IMG/VR virus record: IMGVR_UViG_3300037631_006005
Coordinates: 1 to 44,065 of that record
Direction: 5' to 3' (one strand)
DNA from: a virus
Lineage: Duplodnaviria > Caudoviricetes
Length of the DNA: 44,065 nt
A model generated the notes under the pieces. The model was given only the letters and a program-made list of their open reading frames with translations, did not search any database and had not been told where the DNA came from. Position numbers and translations under genes: made by a program. Below are positions 1-8,282 of this stretch, piece after piece (position 1 is the stretch's first letter; every line of letters begins with the position of its first letter).

Positions 1-82
1 TTTTATTAGTTTCTTCTTCGATATATTCGAACTCGTCGGAGACGTCTGGCTTTTCAACAACCAAATTAAGCTTAAGAGACAT
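1..82 (-). CDS. 5' end of a gene running off the window, probably prohead protease (T4 gp21-like)
   Basis: Not in the ORF track. Reads MSLKLNLVVEKPDVSDEFEYIEEETNK... and is preceded by TATAAATA-N5-ATG. The N-terminus style and position in the head cluster resemble gp21, but only 27 codons are visible. Confidence 0.5.
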   Translation of the reverse strand, partial: MSLKLNLVVEKPDVSDEFEYIEEETNK

Positions 83-112
83 ACAATTATTTATACAATA
101 GTAACGTAAAAG

Positions 113-550
113 TCAAATTAATTCTTTCTCTGTTAGTATAATAAAGGTTAAACCCCTCTTTTTGCCATACTTTTTAGCTGCTTCCCACTTAGCTTGATTA
201 ATAACATAATTTTTTTGCTCGTATATAAGGTGTTGCTTTTTTCTATATTTTGTCTGCGGTGGTTTGGTTTGTTTAGATGGTTTAATCTCTACTAAGTATT
301 TCTTAATATCATTTCCCTCTTTTATTACTACATAGTTATCAACATAATATCTATGAACTCTACCATCTAGTGGACTAGTATATGGTACAATAACATTTTC
401 ACTACCCCATTTTAGTACGTTTTTATTATTATCACAGAATCTAAAAAACTTTAACTCTAGACCTGATCTATATGTAGCTTTTAAACCTATAAACTTTTCT
501 TTATTATTTGGTACAAACTCCCCTTGTCTCCATTTTGGTCTCTTTTTCAT
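113..550 (-). CDS. gp4: Head completion nuclease, T4 gp4-like (TnsA-N-like endonuclease fold)
   Basis: Motifs QGxFxPxNxxK, YRSGLELKFFRFCD, WGSE, PYxSPLDGRVHRYYVD, VEIKP, NQAKWEAA and F-I-ILTE. Coupled to the upstream gene by a TAATG overlap. Confidence 0.9.
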   Translation of the reverse strand: MKKRPKWRQGEFVPNNKEKFIGLKATYRSGLELKFFRFCDNNKNVLKWGSENVIVPYTSPLDGRVHRYYVDNYVVIKEGNDIKKYLVEIKPSKQTKPPQTKYRKKQHLIYEQKNYVINQAKWEAAKKYGKKRGLTFIILTEKELI

Positions 551-1701
551 TACCCAACGAAGAATAAAGTAGGATCATTATCACCCATACCTGGTGATGA
601 ACCTTCTAGTAGTTTTTGCTCTAGCTCTGCTTTCTTAGTAGAACCTTCACTTAACATATCTGCATTTAGAGAGCCGCCTCCAAGTAGATTAACACTACCA
701 AACTTACCTCTTACTCTTCCTATCGTAATCATACTTAACGCTAAAGCATATTCATACACCCACTGCTCTTTAATAATATCTCTAATAGGTCTCTCAAGAT
801 AACACGATATAACACCATAAAATCTCTCTAACTTAGGTTGCGGGTACATTGTTAAATACTGCGTACGTTCATCAAACTGTATGTCCTTCCTTATTGCTAG
901 CATTTTCTCTCTTGTATCCATCCACTCTTTAAGTGAATACCAAGATACTAAATCAAACCCGTAGTTACCTAATGCATAACTAAAATATGTCTGTTGGGCT
1001 AATGTCTGCTCCAAAGTAAATAATGTATTAATACCGGAGGATGAACCTTGTTCAAAGTCTGTAACGGACATAACTTTCCTATAATCCATTACATCGTAAT
1101 CATATACATTTTGAAAGGTAGTAGCATCAGTAGAGGTACCTTCCATAGATAGAGTTTTTCTTCTATTTTCTTTAAACGAAGAGGATAAAGAAGTATTAAA
1201 CGATGTAATAGTACTATAAAGGGTCTTATCAAACAATTCAAACTGGTCTATACCATCAGTAAACGTAGAAGAAAGAGTAGTTGATGCTGCAAACGCTGAA
1301 GATAATATAGAGGAAGTAGCTGTAAATATAGACTCTGGCGTCTCACCATAAAATTCTACACTTGGCCCTCTAGGATTTGTACCTGCTACTTTCTTAGCGT
1401 TACTATCAAGATCTGTATTGGCTAGGGTATACAATAGATCTAAACGAATACCTTTATTTGTTTCATATAAATCAGAATCAAATATCATATACTCTCTAGT
1501 ATAGCCTGCGTATTTTGTAAAATATTCTACTGCAATTTGAATATTCTCCCTAAGTTGGTCTGTATGAATCTCTAAAGAAACGAGAGGAAATCCTAAGGAT
1601 CTTTTAATTCTATCACCTAACCTATCGAAAGTTTCAATCTTATTATTTAAATTTGTTGATAGAAAAGCCGAAAGGGGGGTAATTTCACACGCTAGAGCCA
1701 T
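550..1701 (-). CDS. gp13: Neck protein, T4 gp13-like, with an S/T-rich insertion
   Basis: N-terminal IKRSLGFPLVSLEIHTDQLRENIQIAVEYF and C-terminal WVYEYALAL...GRVRGKFGSVNLLGGGSLN...FFVG match the gp13 pattern. Confidence 0.85.
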   Translation of the reverse strand: MALACEITPLSAFLSTNLNNKIETFDRLGDRIKRSLGFPLVSLEIHTDQLRENIQIAVEYFTKYAGYTREYMIFDSDLYETNKGIRLDLLYTLANTDLDSNAKKVAGTNPRGPSVEFYGETPESIFTATSSILSSAFAASTTLSSTFTDGIDQFELFDKTLYSTITSFNTSLSSSFKENRRKTLSMEGTSTDATTFQNVYDYDVMDYRKVMSVTDFEQGSSSGINTLFTLEQTLAQQTYFSYALGNYGFDLVSWYSLKEWMDTREKMLAIRKDIQFDERTQYLTMYPQPKLERFYGVISCYLERPIRDIIKEQWVYEYALALSMITIGRVRGKFGSVNLLGGGSLNADMLSEGSTKKAELEQKLLEGSSPGMGDNDPTLFFVG

Positions 1702-1768
1702 ACCATTATTTAGTCGTACAAAAATAAAAATATAGGAGAAAAAAATATGCTTTATATTAAATATTGAT

Positions 1769-1930
1769 ATGGCACTTTCAGCAACAGTAGTCCCTTCCGT
1801 AACTGGCGGCCCAATGTCCGCAGCATACCTTTCTACATTTATGACAGCAACCGTACCATCCGGTGGTACGTTGATACAAATTCTTGAAACAGGTCCAAGA
1901 ATGGTATTAATCTTTGATGACGGTAATTAA
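1769..1930 (+). CDS. Small unannotated late protein, 53 aa (MALSATVVPSVTGGPMSAAYLSTFMTATVPSGGTLIQILETGPRMVLIFDDGN)
   Basis: Open frame from ATG 1769 to TAA 1930, with TAAATA at 1758-1763 five nt upstream. It fills the gap between portal and gp13, and its stop overlaps the portal stop. Confidence 0.75.
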   Translation: MALSATVVPSVTGGPMSAAYLSTFMTATVPSGGTLIQILETGPRMVLIFDDGN

Positions 1931-3729
1931 ACCTCAGCAGCTGGTTCAACTGGTTCAGCAGCGTCAGCAGCGTCAGGTATATCACCCTCTGTAGCTTCAC
2001 CTCCGCCAAACTCAGGTACACCTCCATCAGCACCAACATCACCTGCTGCTACCCCACCACCCTCACCGCCGGCACCAGGCTCAGCAGCCATATTTTCTGC
2101 AGCAGCAGCCTCTTTCCATGACGGTCCGGCGTTTTGTATTTGAGATAATTCCCATTGGAGCTCCATATCTTTTCTTAAGAACTCTCTGTTAGCAAGAATA
2201 TCTTTATCTTTCCATCCAAGATATTTCTTCTGAGCGTAGGTTGCTGAGACAAATTCGTTCGCAGCTAAATTATTGTAGTTAGCAGCTTTGAGCTCAAGCT
2301 TTTGATTTTCTCTTAATTCGTAGAAGTTAGTAGGTACGTTAAAAATAACCTCTAAATTATTTTCAGTTATATCGTACTTATCGATAATACCTCTCATTTT
2401 TAAATGAGTGTAGAATCCTCTCTTAATACCTGCAGCAAATCTTTGCTGTTGTCTAACTACAAATTTAGCAAACTTAAGCTCTTCTCTTAACATGGTAGAC
2501 CCATCAGCTGAAGCTTGATCAGCAGGATCTAATCTTGTAGAAGGTACTTTAAGAGCTCTATATAGCTTCTTAATAAAATACATTAAGTCAGATAACTCAC
2601 CGAGATTAGCACCTCCTGGTAACTGGGTTACTGACGTACCTTCTGAACCTTGACGCTTTGCAAACCAGAAAGCATCGAGCATTGATTGTGGGTTAAACTT
2701 ATTTACCACACTACTTTGATCATTGTCGAATGTTTTCTTTGACCAATAGTTTTGAATTAACTTTCTTAAATATGCTTCAGCTTTAGGAGGCGCCATATTA
2801 CCTACATCAACGTTAAACACTAAACGTTCTGGAGCTCTGACTAATCTATAAATGACTATAGCATCCTCAATAAGTGAAAGTTGACGGTAAGGTCTTCTAG
2901 CATTTTCTAAGAATGGTGTAACAAAGTTTTTCGTTTCATTATAAACACCGGAATTAACATATATTACCTGATTCTCTTCCATAGGAATCATCTCTGTCTT
3001 TTCTACCTTCGCTGGATCAGTAATACTAAAAATAGGCTTTTTATATACATATCCCTTTACGAGCATGTTTTGAATGTTATTATATACAGGGTCAATTATC
3101 TCCGAAGGTATATTAATAGCACCCAATATACCCTCATTTGTATAATTCTCATGTACTATCAATTCGAAGAACACTTCCCCTTCTACTAGTAACTGTCTAA
3201 AGAACGACCATCCTTTATTTTTAAGGTCGAAGAACTCAATAAATTTACTAAACTCTTTATCAATCTCACTTTTCTCATCAATTGAAAGATCGATATTATC
3301 ATACAACAATTTAGCAACATCACCACTATCATCTACATTAATAATTTCATCGCATATCTCATCTAAAGCATCTGACACTTCAGAGTATGCTGCCATTATT
3401 TTATAATCACGTAATCTACCTGGCTTATCTGGTGATAAGCTAGCGTACATTACATCTCCAAATGAAGTATCCTTACCAAAATCACCTATTGGTGTAGAAT
3501 TATAAGGATTAGAAGAAGATACAGAAGACTTAACAAGAGCATCAGCTCTTCTCATTCCCGTTTGTTTAAATATCTTATATTTCGGATTTAAAGAATCGTC
3601 TTCTGTATTACCAGCGTATGGAAGTCTATTCTGAATATATTGAACTAAACTTCTTCCAAAAGTTGAAGCACGTCCATCATTTGTTACATACGATCTATTT
3701 TGACCTGAAGATGTTGAAGAGTCAGCCAT
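1927..3729 (-). CDS. gp20: Portal protein, T4 gp20-like
   Basis: Motifs EDAIVIYRLVRAPERLVFNVDVGNMAPPKAEAYL, DAFWFAKRQGSEGTSVTQLPGG, KLYRALKVPSTRL and REELKFAKFV. Confidence 0.97.
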   Translation of the reverse strand: MADSSTSSGQNRSYVTNDGRASTFGRSLVQYIQNRLPYAGNTEDDSLNPKYKIFKQTGMRRADALVKSSVSSSNPYNSTPIGDFGKDTSFGDVMYASLSPDKPGRLRDYKIMAAYSEVSDALDEICDEIINVDDSGDVAKLLYDNIDLSIDEKSEIDKEFSKFIEFFDLKNKGWSFFRQLLVEGEVFFELIVHENYTNEGILGAINIPSEIIDPVYNNIQNMLVKGYVYKKPIFSITDPAKVEKTEMIPMEENQVIYVNSGVYNETKNFVTPFLENARRPYRQLSLIEDAIVIYRLVRAPERLVFNVDVGNMAPPKAEAYLRKLIQNYWSKKTFDNDQSSVVNKFNPQSMLDAFWFAKRQGSEGTSVTQLPGGANLGELSDLMYFIKKLYRALKVPSTRLDPADQASADGSTMLREELKFAKFVVRQQQRFAAGIKRGFYTHLKMRGIIDKYDITENNLEVIFNVPTNFYELRENQKLELKAANYNNLAANEFVSATYAQKKYLGWKDKDILANREFLRKDMELQWELSQIQNAGPSWKEAAAAENMAAEPGAGGEGGGVAAGDVGADGGVPEFGGGEATEGDIPDAADAAEPVEPAAEV

Positions 3730-3749
3730 TATACATATTTATCTAACTA

Positions 3750-4547
3750 TTAATAATAATCACCGTATATATCGGTATTATTAGCACTCATATCAAAAAC
3801 ATCCTCTTTTGACACTACGTCAATGTCATAAGGCTCTTCTTCTGTGGGGTAAGTCTTACCGTCTGAAGTTAGTTGATCTACTAGTGTTGTTGAGAGAGTA
3901 CCACTAAATGAATTATCGTAAATCTGCTCATTTGCCCTTTCTGCAGACAATCCATTTTCAAATGAGAAGTCATAACGCTTACCTCTCAATCTGTAGACAT
4001 AATGTCCTAAGACTGGGTTAAGTGCTGTGAGATCTTGATCCATCCTTTCAGTAATTTCATAAAGAACAGACCCCCTATCATTAGGCCTATCACAACCTAA
4101 TACTGTTAAATCTATTACGTCACCTGCCTTAGGTTCAATAGATTGCCCTACAGAAGAATAATCAAAATATGCAGATGCTGCAGTTGTAAAAGTATCTATA
4201 TGCACATATGCAGTAAATTCATCTCCAGCATCAAAACCGAATTTCGATAAATTAATTGCACTATCATCTAATTCAACATACATTTGAATCCCAGATAAAG
4301 GCCCTTGAAACTTTTTGGTTGTATCTTCACCATATAATAAATCTGCAGCTGATAGATTAAAAGTATTGATATAGTAATCTACTGGTAATCCAAAATTATT
4401 AATAAGGTCATTAAAAGCTTGGTCATACACTAATTGCTCTGCTTGTAAATTGGACGGGTTAACAAGCCTACCGCAGGAGGGTATAGCCGTAGCAGCTAGA
4501 ACTTCTTCTGGTGTACAATTTAACCTATTTTCATTACAGATCGACAT
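3750..4547 (-). CDS. gp14: Neck/head-closure protein, T4 gp14-like
   Basis: LINNFGLPVDYY, DLLYGED, LSKFG, PKAGDVI and LYEIT follow the gp14 pattern. Confidence 0.8.
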   Translation of the reverse strand: MSICNENRLNCTPEEVLAATAIPSCGRLVNPSNLQAEQLVYDQAFNDLINNFGLPVDYYINTFNLSAADLLYGEDTTKKFQGPLSGIQMYVELDDSAINLSKFGFDAGDEFTAYVHIDTFTTAASAYFDYSSVGQSIEPKAGDVIDLTVLGCDRPNDRGSVLYEITERMDQDLTALNPVLGHYVYRLRGKRYDFSFENGLSAERANEQIYDNSFSGTLSTTLVDQLTSDGKTYPTEEEPYDIDVVSKEDVFDMSANNTDIYGDYY

Positions 4548-4548
4548 A

Positions 4549-4884
4549 TTATTTTTTGTTTAATACTCCACAACTATTACCTTCTTCATCCTCATACATT
4601 TTACACTCTATATTAGAGTTTCCTAGGCTTTTTATTTGACCAGGTGCATAATCTACTTCATAATCATTAAGTAGTTGTTGAAGAGGTAGGCCCATTAATT
4701 TAATTTGTGACGCGGAACCTCTTAATAAGTTATTCACATGGTGATTTTTATGCGAATAATCTTTACTCTGTGTAGTCAAATGCTTTTTATCAAAACCAAG
4801 TCTATTGGGATCTTTATTACCCACTTTAAATTTTAAAAGCTTTTCTCCCTGATAGTATTCAAAAAATTTTTTAAAGCTTTTCAT
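4549..4884 (-). CDS. Hypothetical protein, candidate internal head protein
   Basis: Has its own TAAATA promoter. The N-terminus MKSFKKFFE resembles the T4 capsid-targeting sequence. Confidence 0.6.
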   Translation of the reverse strand: MKSFKKFFEYYQGEKLLKFKVGNKDPNRLGFDKKHLTTQSKDYSHKNHHVNNLLRGSASQIKLMGLPLQQLLNDYEVDYAPGQIKSLGNSNIECKMYEDEEGNSCGVLNKK

Positions 4885-4897
4885 ACCTATATTTATT

Positions 4898-4929
4898 AAA
4901 AAAAGCCCGGAGGCGTACCTCCAGGCTTT
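4898..4929 (-). terminator. Intrinsic terminator
   Basis: Minus strand reads AAAGCCTGGAGG-TACG-CCTCCGGGCTTTTTTT: a GC-rich stem with one G:U pair, a UACG loop and a U-tract, just downstream of 4956..5933. Confidence 0.9.
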
Positions 4930-4955
4930 ATTTTATTGTTAAGCTTTGTTATTCT

Positions 4956-5933
4956 TTATTCGAAAGCGCCTTGACCAGCTTTAAGATTACCGACTTTATT
5001 GTTCTTTCCATCGTTATAATGTGTGTTCATTGCTGAACCCGGATCAACTTTTCCAGAAGCGCCTTTTGCAGAAGCTGCTCCTTTAGCTTTAAGATTGCCT
5101 ACTTTGTTGTTCTTACCGTCATTATAGTGAGTATTCATTGCAGTAGGTGTACCTTCTTCATCTTCCTCATAATCTTCAACACCCTCCATATCTTCTGGAG
5201 CTTCCACTTCAAAATCTACTTCATCTCCATCACCGTCTTCATCACCACATGCAGCTTTAAGAACGTCGCATAATTGCTGTGCCATTTCTTTGTCTAAAGT
5301 AATTGTTACTTCATCGTCACCGTCTCCAGCCTCTGCATCTGTTTCTGCATCTGCTAATCCAAGTGCATCGAGATCATCTTCTGCTGCTTCGTCCGCAAAA
5401 GGAAAGTTCTCATTAACCATCACCTTATCATAAAGTTTATCGAATACTGATTTAGTCGCCATAAAATTATTTAGGCTCTCCTTTGCAATTTTCTCTGTTT
5501 CTTCTGAATTTTCTGCACTTTCTTTACCTTTTTTCTTATCTTTAGCAGCCTTTTTCATAGACTCCTTCTTATTACCATCCTTATCTAAATCAATATAGTC
5601 CGGTTTTTCATTATCTTCTTCATCTTCTTCACCAACGATTCCAGAATAAGCATTACCCTTACCTGTAGGTAATGGACCATCACAACCTAAACCAGGATCA
5701 TCTTCACCACCGTAAGAATAACCTCTTACATTATACGGGTTCTTACCTTTTTTAAGTTTCTCAATATCAACTTCTGACTCTTTAAATCCACCTCTTTCAG
5801 TTGGCCCACCCTGCTTTTCTAAATCAGCATTTCCTATTTCACCAACCGGTACATTTTGTTCAGTTACAACAACTTTATTGAGAACATCACTATAAATTTC
5901 TCCTAGATTAGTGAGATCATTGTTTTTAGACAT
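4956..5933 (-). CDS. Highly acidic prohead core / internal head-like protein
   Basis: D/E-rich, with the motif KPDYIDLDKDGNKKESMKKAAKDK and a duplicated C-terminal peptide. Has its own TATAAATA promoter and terminator. Confidence 0.6.
   Translation of the reverse strand: MSKNNDLTNLGEIYSDVLNKVVVTEQNVPVGEIGNADLEKQGGPTERGGFKESEVDIEKLKKGKNPYNVRGYSYGGEDDPGLGCDGPLPTGKGNAYSGIVGEEDEEDNEKPDYIDLDKDGNKKESMKKAAKDKKKGKESAENSEETEKIAKESLNNFMATKSVFDKLYDKVMVNENFPFADEAAEDDLDALGLADAETDAEAGDGDDEVTITLDKEMAQQLCDVLKAACGDEDGDGDEVDFEVEAPEDMEGVEDYEEDEEGTPTAMNTHYNDGKNNKVGNLKAKGAASAKGASGKVDPGSAMNTHYNDGKNNKVGNLKAGQGAFE
4977..5143 (-). repeat. Direct repeat, 108-nt period, encoding AMNTHYNDGKNNKVGNLKA twice
   Basis: Identical 19-aa peptide in two copies with synonymous DNA differences. 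Confidence 0.85.
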
Positions 5934-5968
5934 ACAATTATTTATACTAGAGATAAATATTTTACATG
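5931..5968. promoter_or_regulatory. Back-to-back divergent late promoters
   Basis: TATAAATA on the minus strand (5939-5946) 5 nt before ATG 5933, and TAAATA on the plus strand (5954-5959) 6 nt before ATG 5966. Confidence 0.8.
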
Positions 5969-7660
5969 CCTCAGCAAGATAATATGTATTATATGGGTAA
6001 TAAAAACTTACCCAACGTTAATTGGAAGGGTGAATATACTAAAGAACAGGTAAAATCGCTTTCTAAAGCTCATAAAAATATTTTATATTTCGCAGAGAAT
6101 TTTTTCTATATTGTCAATTTAGATAGAGGTCGTGAAAAGATCGAGTTATACAAGGCGCAAAAAAGAGCTCTTAGAAAGATGAGAGATAATAGATTCTTCA
6201 TTCAATTAGCTTCTCGACAGATAGGTAAATCGACTATGATGACTATCTATATCCTCTGGCAGGCTATCTTTAATAGTGATCAAAGAATATTATTAGTAGC
6301 TAACAAAGAAGCAACAGCGATTGAAATCTTTCAACGTATTAGAATGGCTTATGAGGAGCTTCCCAACTGGTTAAAATCACCAGTAAAGGAATATGCTAAG
6401 ACATCTATGACGTTAGAGAATGGATCACGGATTGGTATTACAACTACAACCGGGACAGCTGCTCGTGGTCAATCTGTCAACTGCCTTGTTATTGATGAGA
6501 TGGCATTTATTGAGCCTCACTTAGTAGAAGAGTTTTGGAAGTCGGTCTTTCCTGTTATTACATCTTCTAAAAAATCTAAAGTCTTTGTTTGTTCAACAGC
6601 TAACGGTACTGATAATCTATTTTATAAGCTATATTCTGGTGCTGAGTCTGGTGAAAATGGCTGGGCTTACGATAGAATCTTATGGGATGAGGTACCGGGA
6701 AGAGATGAAATATGGGCAAATAACACTAAGCAAGCTATTGGCTCGCATGATGCTTGGTTACAAGAGTTCTGCTGCCAGTTTATAAATTCTGGTGAATCAT
6801 CTATCGATGATGAGTTATTCGATAAGATGCAGACGCAGGTATGCGAGCCTAAAATAGTTCTAGATGACGGTCATTATAAAATTTGGGAAGAAGCAGATCC
6901 ATCTAGAGTATATGCTGCAGGAGTAGATACAGCAGAAGGAGTAGGTGTTGATTCTTCAGTAATTCAAATATTCGATATTACTGATTTGAGAGATATTAGA
7001 CAAGTAGCTTGTTATACTAATAATAAGATACCTCCTGCGGAGTATACTAATAAAGTCTATTCTATTTTACGTAACTATGGATCTCCATTAGCTTTAATAG
7101 AAAGAAATGGACCTGGAGCGCAAGTGGTAGATAGATTGGCAAACGATTACGGGTACGAAAAGCTAGTATCTTACGGAAATGCTGCAGCTCATAGAAGAAA
7201 AGTAATGCAAGGTATGATAGCGCATACAAATACTAAATATAAAGGTGTTCTTAATATGCGTTATTATATTAATGAAGCGCGTTCTGTTACTATTCGGGAT
7301 GAAGAAACGCTCAAAGAATTAAAATCTTTCGTTAGGTACCCTAACGGTACTTGGAAAGCTAGACAAGGTTATCATGATGATAAGGTAATGTCAACTCTAT
7401 ATGCTCTGTTCATATTAGAAAAAGAGATTACAGAGCGTTTCTTTGAGATATTAGAATTAGACGATATGGGTAAGCCTCTTGTATTGGAACCTATGGATTA
7501 CGGCGTTCAATATTTTGAAGATGCGACTTCTATATATTCAGATAATGAAGTAGTAGGATCAAATAATATGCTACCCCCAGTTGTTTTTGGTATGGGTGAT
7601 AGTCAAGCAGAGGATGATATGGCTGAATTAGAAATGAATGGGTTTACTCACCTTCAGTAA
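5966..7660 (+). CDS. terL: Terminase large subunit, T4 gp17-like
   Basis: Walker A-like ASRQIGKST, Walker B LVIDEMAF, STANG, QEFCCQF, and nuclease motifs GVDTAEGVGVDSS, IERN and HDDKVM. Confidence 0.97.
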   Translation: MPQQDNMYYMGNKNLPNVNWKGEYTKEQVKSLSKAHKNILYFAENFFYIVNLDRGREKIELYKAQKRALRKMRDNRFFIQLASRQIGKSTMMTIYILWQAIFNSDQRILLVANKEATAIEIFQRIRMAYEELPNWLKSPVKEYAKTSMTLENGSRIGITTTTGTAARGQSVNCLVIDEMAFIEPHLVEEFWKSVFPVITSSKKSKVFVCSTANGTDNLFYKLYSGAESGENGWAYDRILWDEVPGRDEIWANNTKQAIGSHDAWLQEFCCQFINSGESSIDDELFDKMQTQVCEPKIVLDDGHYKIWEEADPSRVYAAGVDTAEGVGVDSSVIQIFDITDLRDIRQVACYTNNKIPPAEYTNKVYSILRNYGSPLALIERNGPGAQVVDRLANDYGYEKLVSYGNAAAHRRKVMQGMIAHTNTKYKGVLNMRYYINEARSVTIRDEETLKELKSFVRYPNGTWKARQGYHDDKVMSTLYALFILEKEITERFFEILELDDMGKPLVLEPMDYGVQYFEDATSIYSDNEVVGSNNMLPPVVFGMGDSQAEDDMAELEMNGFTHLQ

Positions 7661-7671
7661 TAAATATAGAC

Positions 7672-8250
7672 ATGGCAAGAAACGCTACACCACAATCTAT
7701 TCTTAATAAGTCTAGAGCTGATAAGTTTCTTTTAATTTTTGATGTACCACCAATTTTAAAGGAATTTAGCTCTAAGTTTAAGAATGATAATAAAACTATA
7801 GTACCAGATTCTGTACAATTTTCAATATATGGTACAGCTGTACCTGAGATAGTTGTACCGGCTGTAGAAAATAGATACGCGGGTAATACACTATATTTGT
7901 CATCTCATTCAAAAAACTCATACCCTCCTGTTAGTGTTAAATTTAATATAGATAATGAGTATAAAAACTACTGGGTTTTATATAATTGGTTAAATCTACT
8001 ACACGATCAAAGAGAAGGTAGGTATAATGCTAGAGAGATAAATGTTGATAAAAACTTTGCCGACTATCAAACAAACCTTACAATTAAAGGTAAGGATGAG
8101 TTTAATAATGATAGAATAAAATTCACTTATACTGGAGCTTTTCCAACGTCTCTTGATTCAATAGATTACGATTATCAGAAATCTAATGAATTGATATCTG
8201 GGTTTACGTTTGTTTATTCACAACTTCACACTGAAATTGTAGATTTTTGA
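7672..8250 (+). CDS. Tail tube terminator / tail completion protein, gp3-like
   Basis: Tube-fold pattern YPPVSVKFNIDNEYKNYWVLYNWL and FTYTGAFPTSL, located before the sheath gene. Confidence 0.7.
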   Translation: MARNATPQSILNKSRADKFLLIFDVPPILKEFSSKFKNDNKTIVPDSVQFSIYGTAVPEIVVPAVENRYAGNTLYLSSHSKNSYPPVSVKFNIDNEYKNYWVLYNWLNLLHDQREGRYNAREINVDKNFADYQTNLTIKGKDEFNNDRIKFTYTGAFPTSLDSIDYDYQKSNELISGFTFVYSQLHTEIVDF

Positions 8251-8282
8251 GTTTTTTGGGCCGAATTTAAATAAATAATTTT

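Noticed and set aside
113-550. Tn7 TnsA transposase / mobile element
   Set aside because: The fold is shared with T4 gp4, the context is the head cluster, and no other Tn7 genes or ends are present.
1734-1767. AGGAG Shine-Dalgarno look-alike before ATG 1747
   Set aside because: It opens only a 6-codon frame, out of frame with the 1769 ORF, which has the standard promoter spacing.
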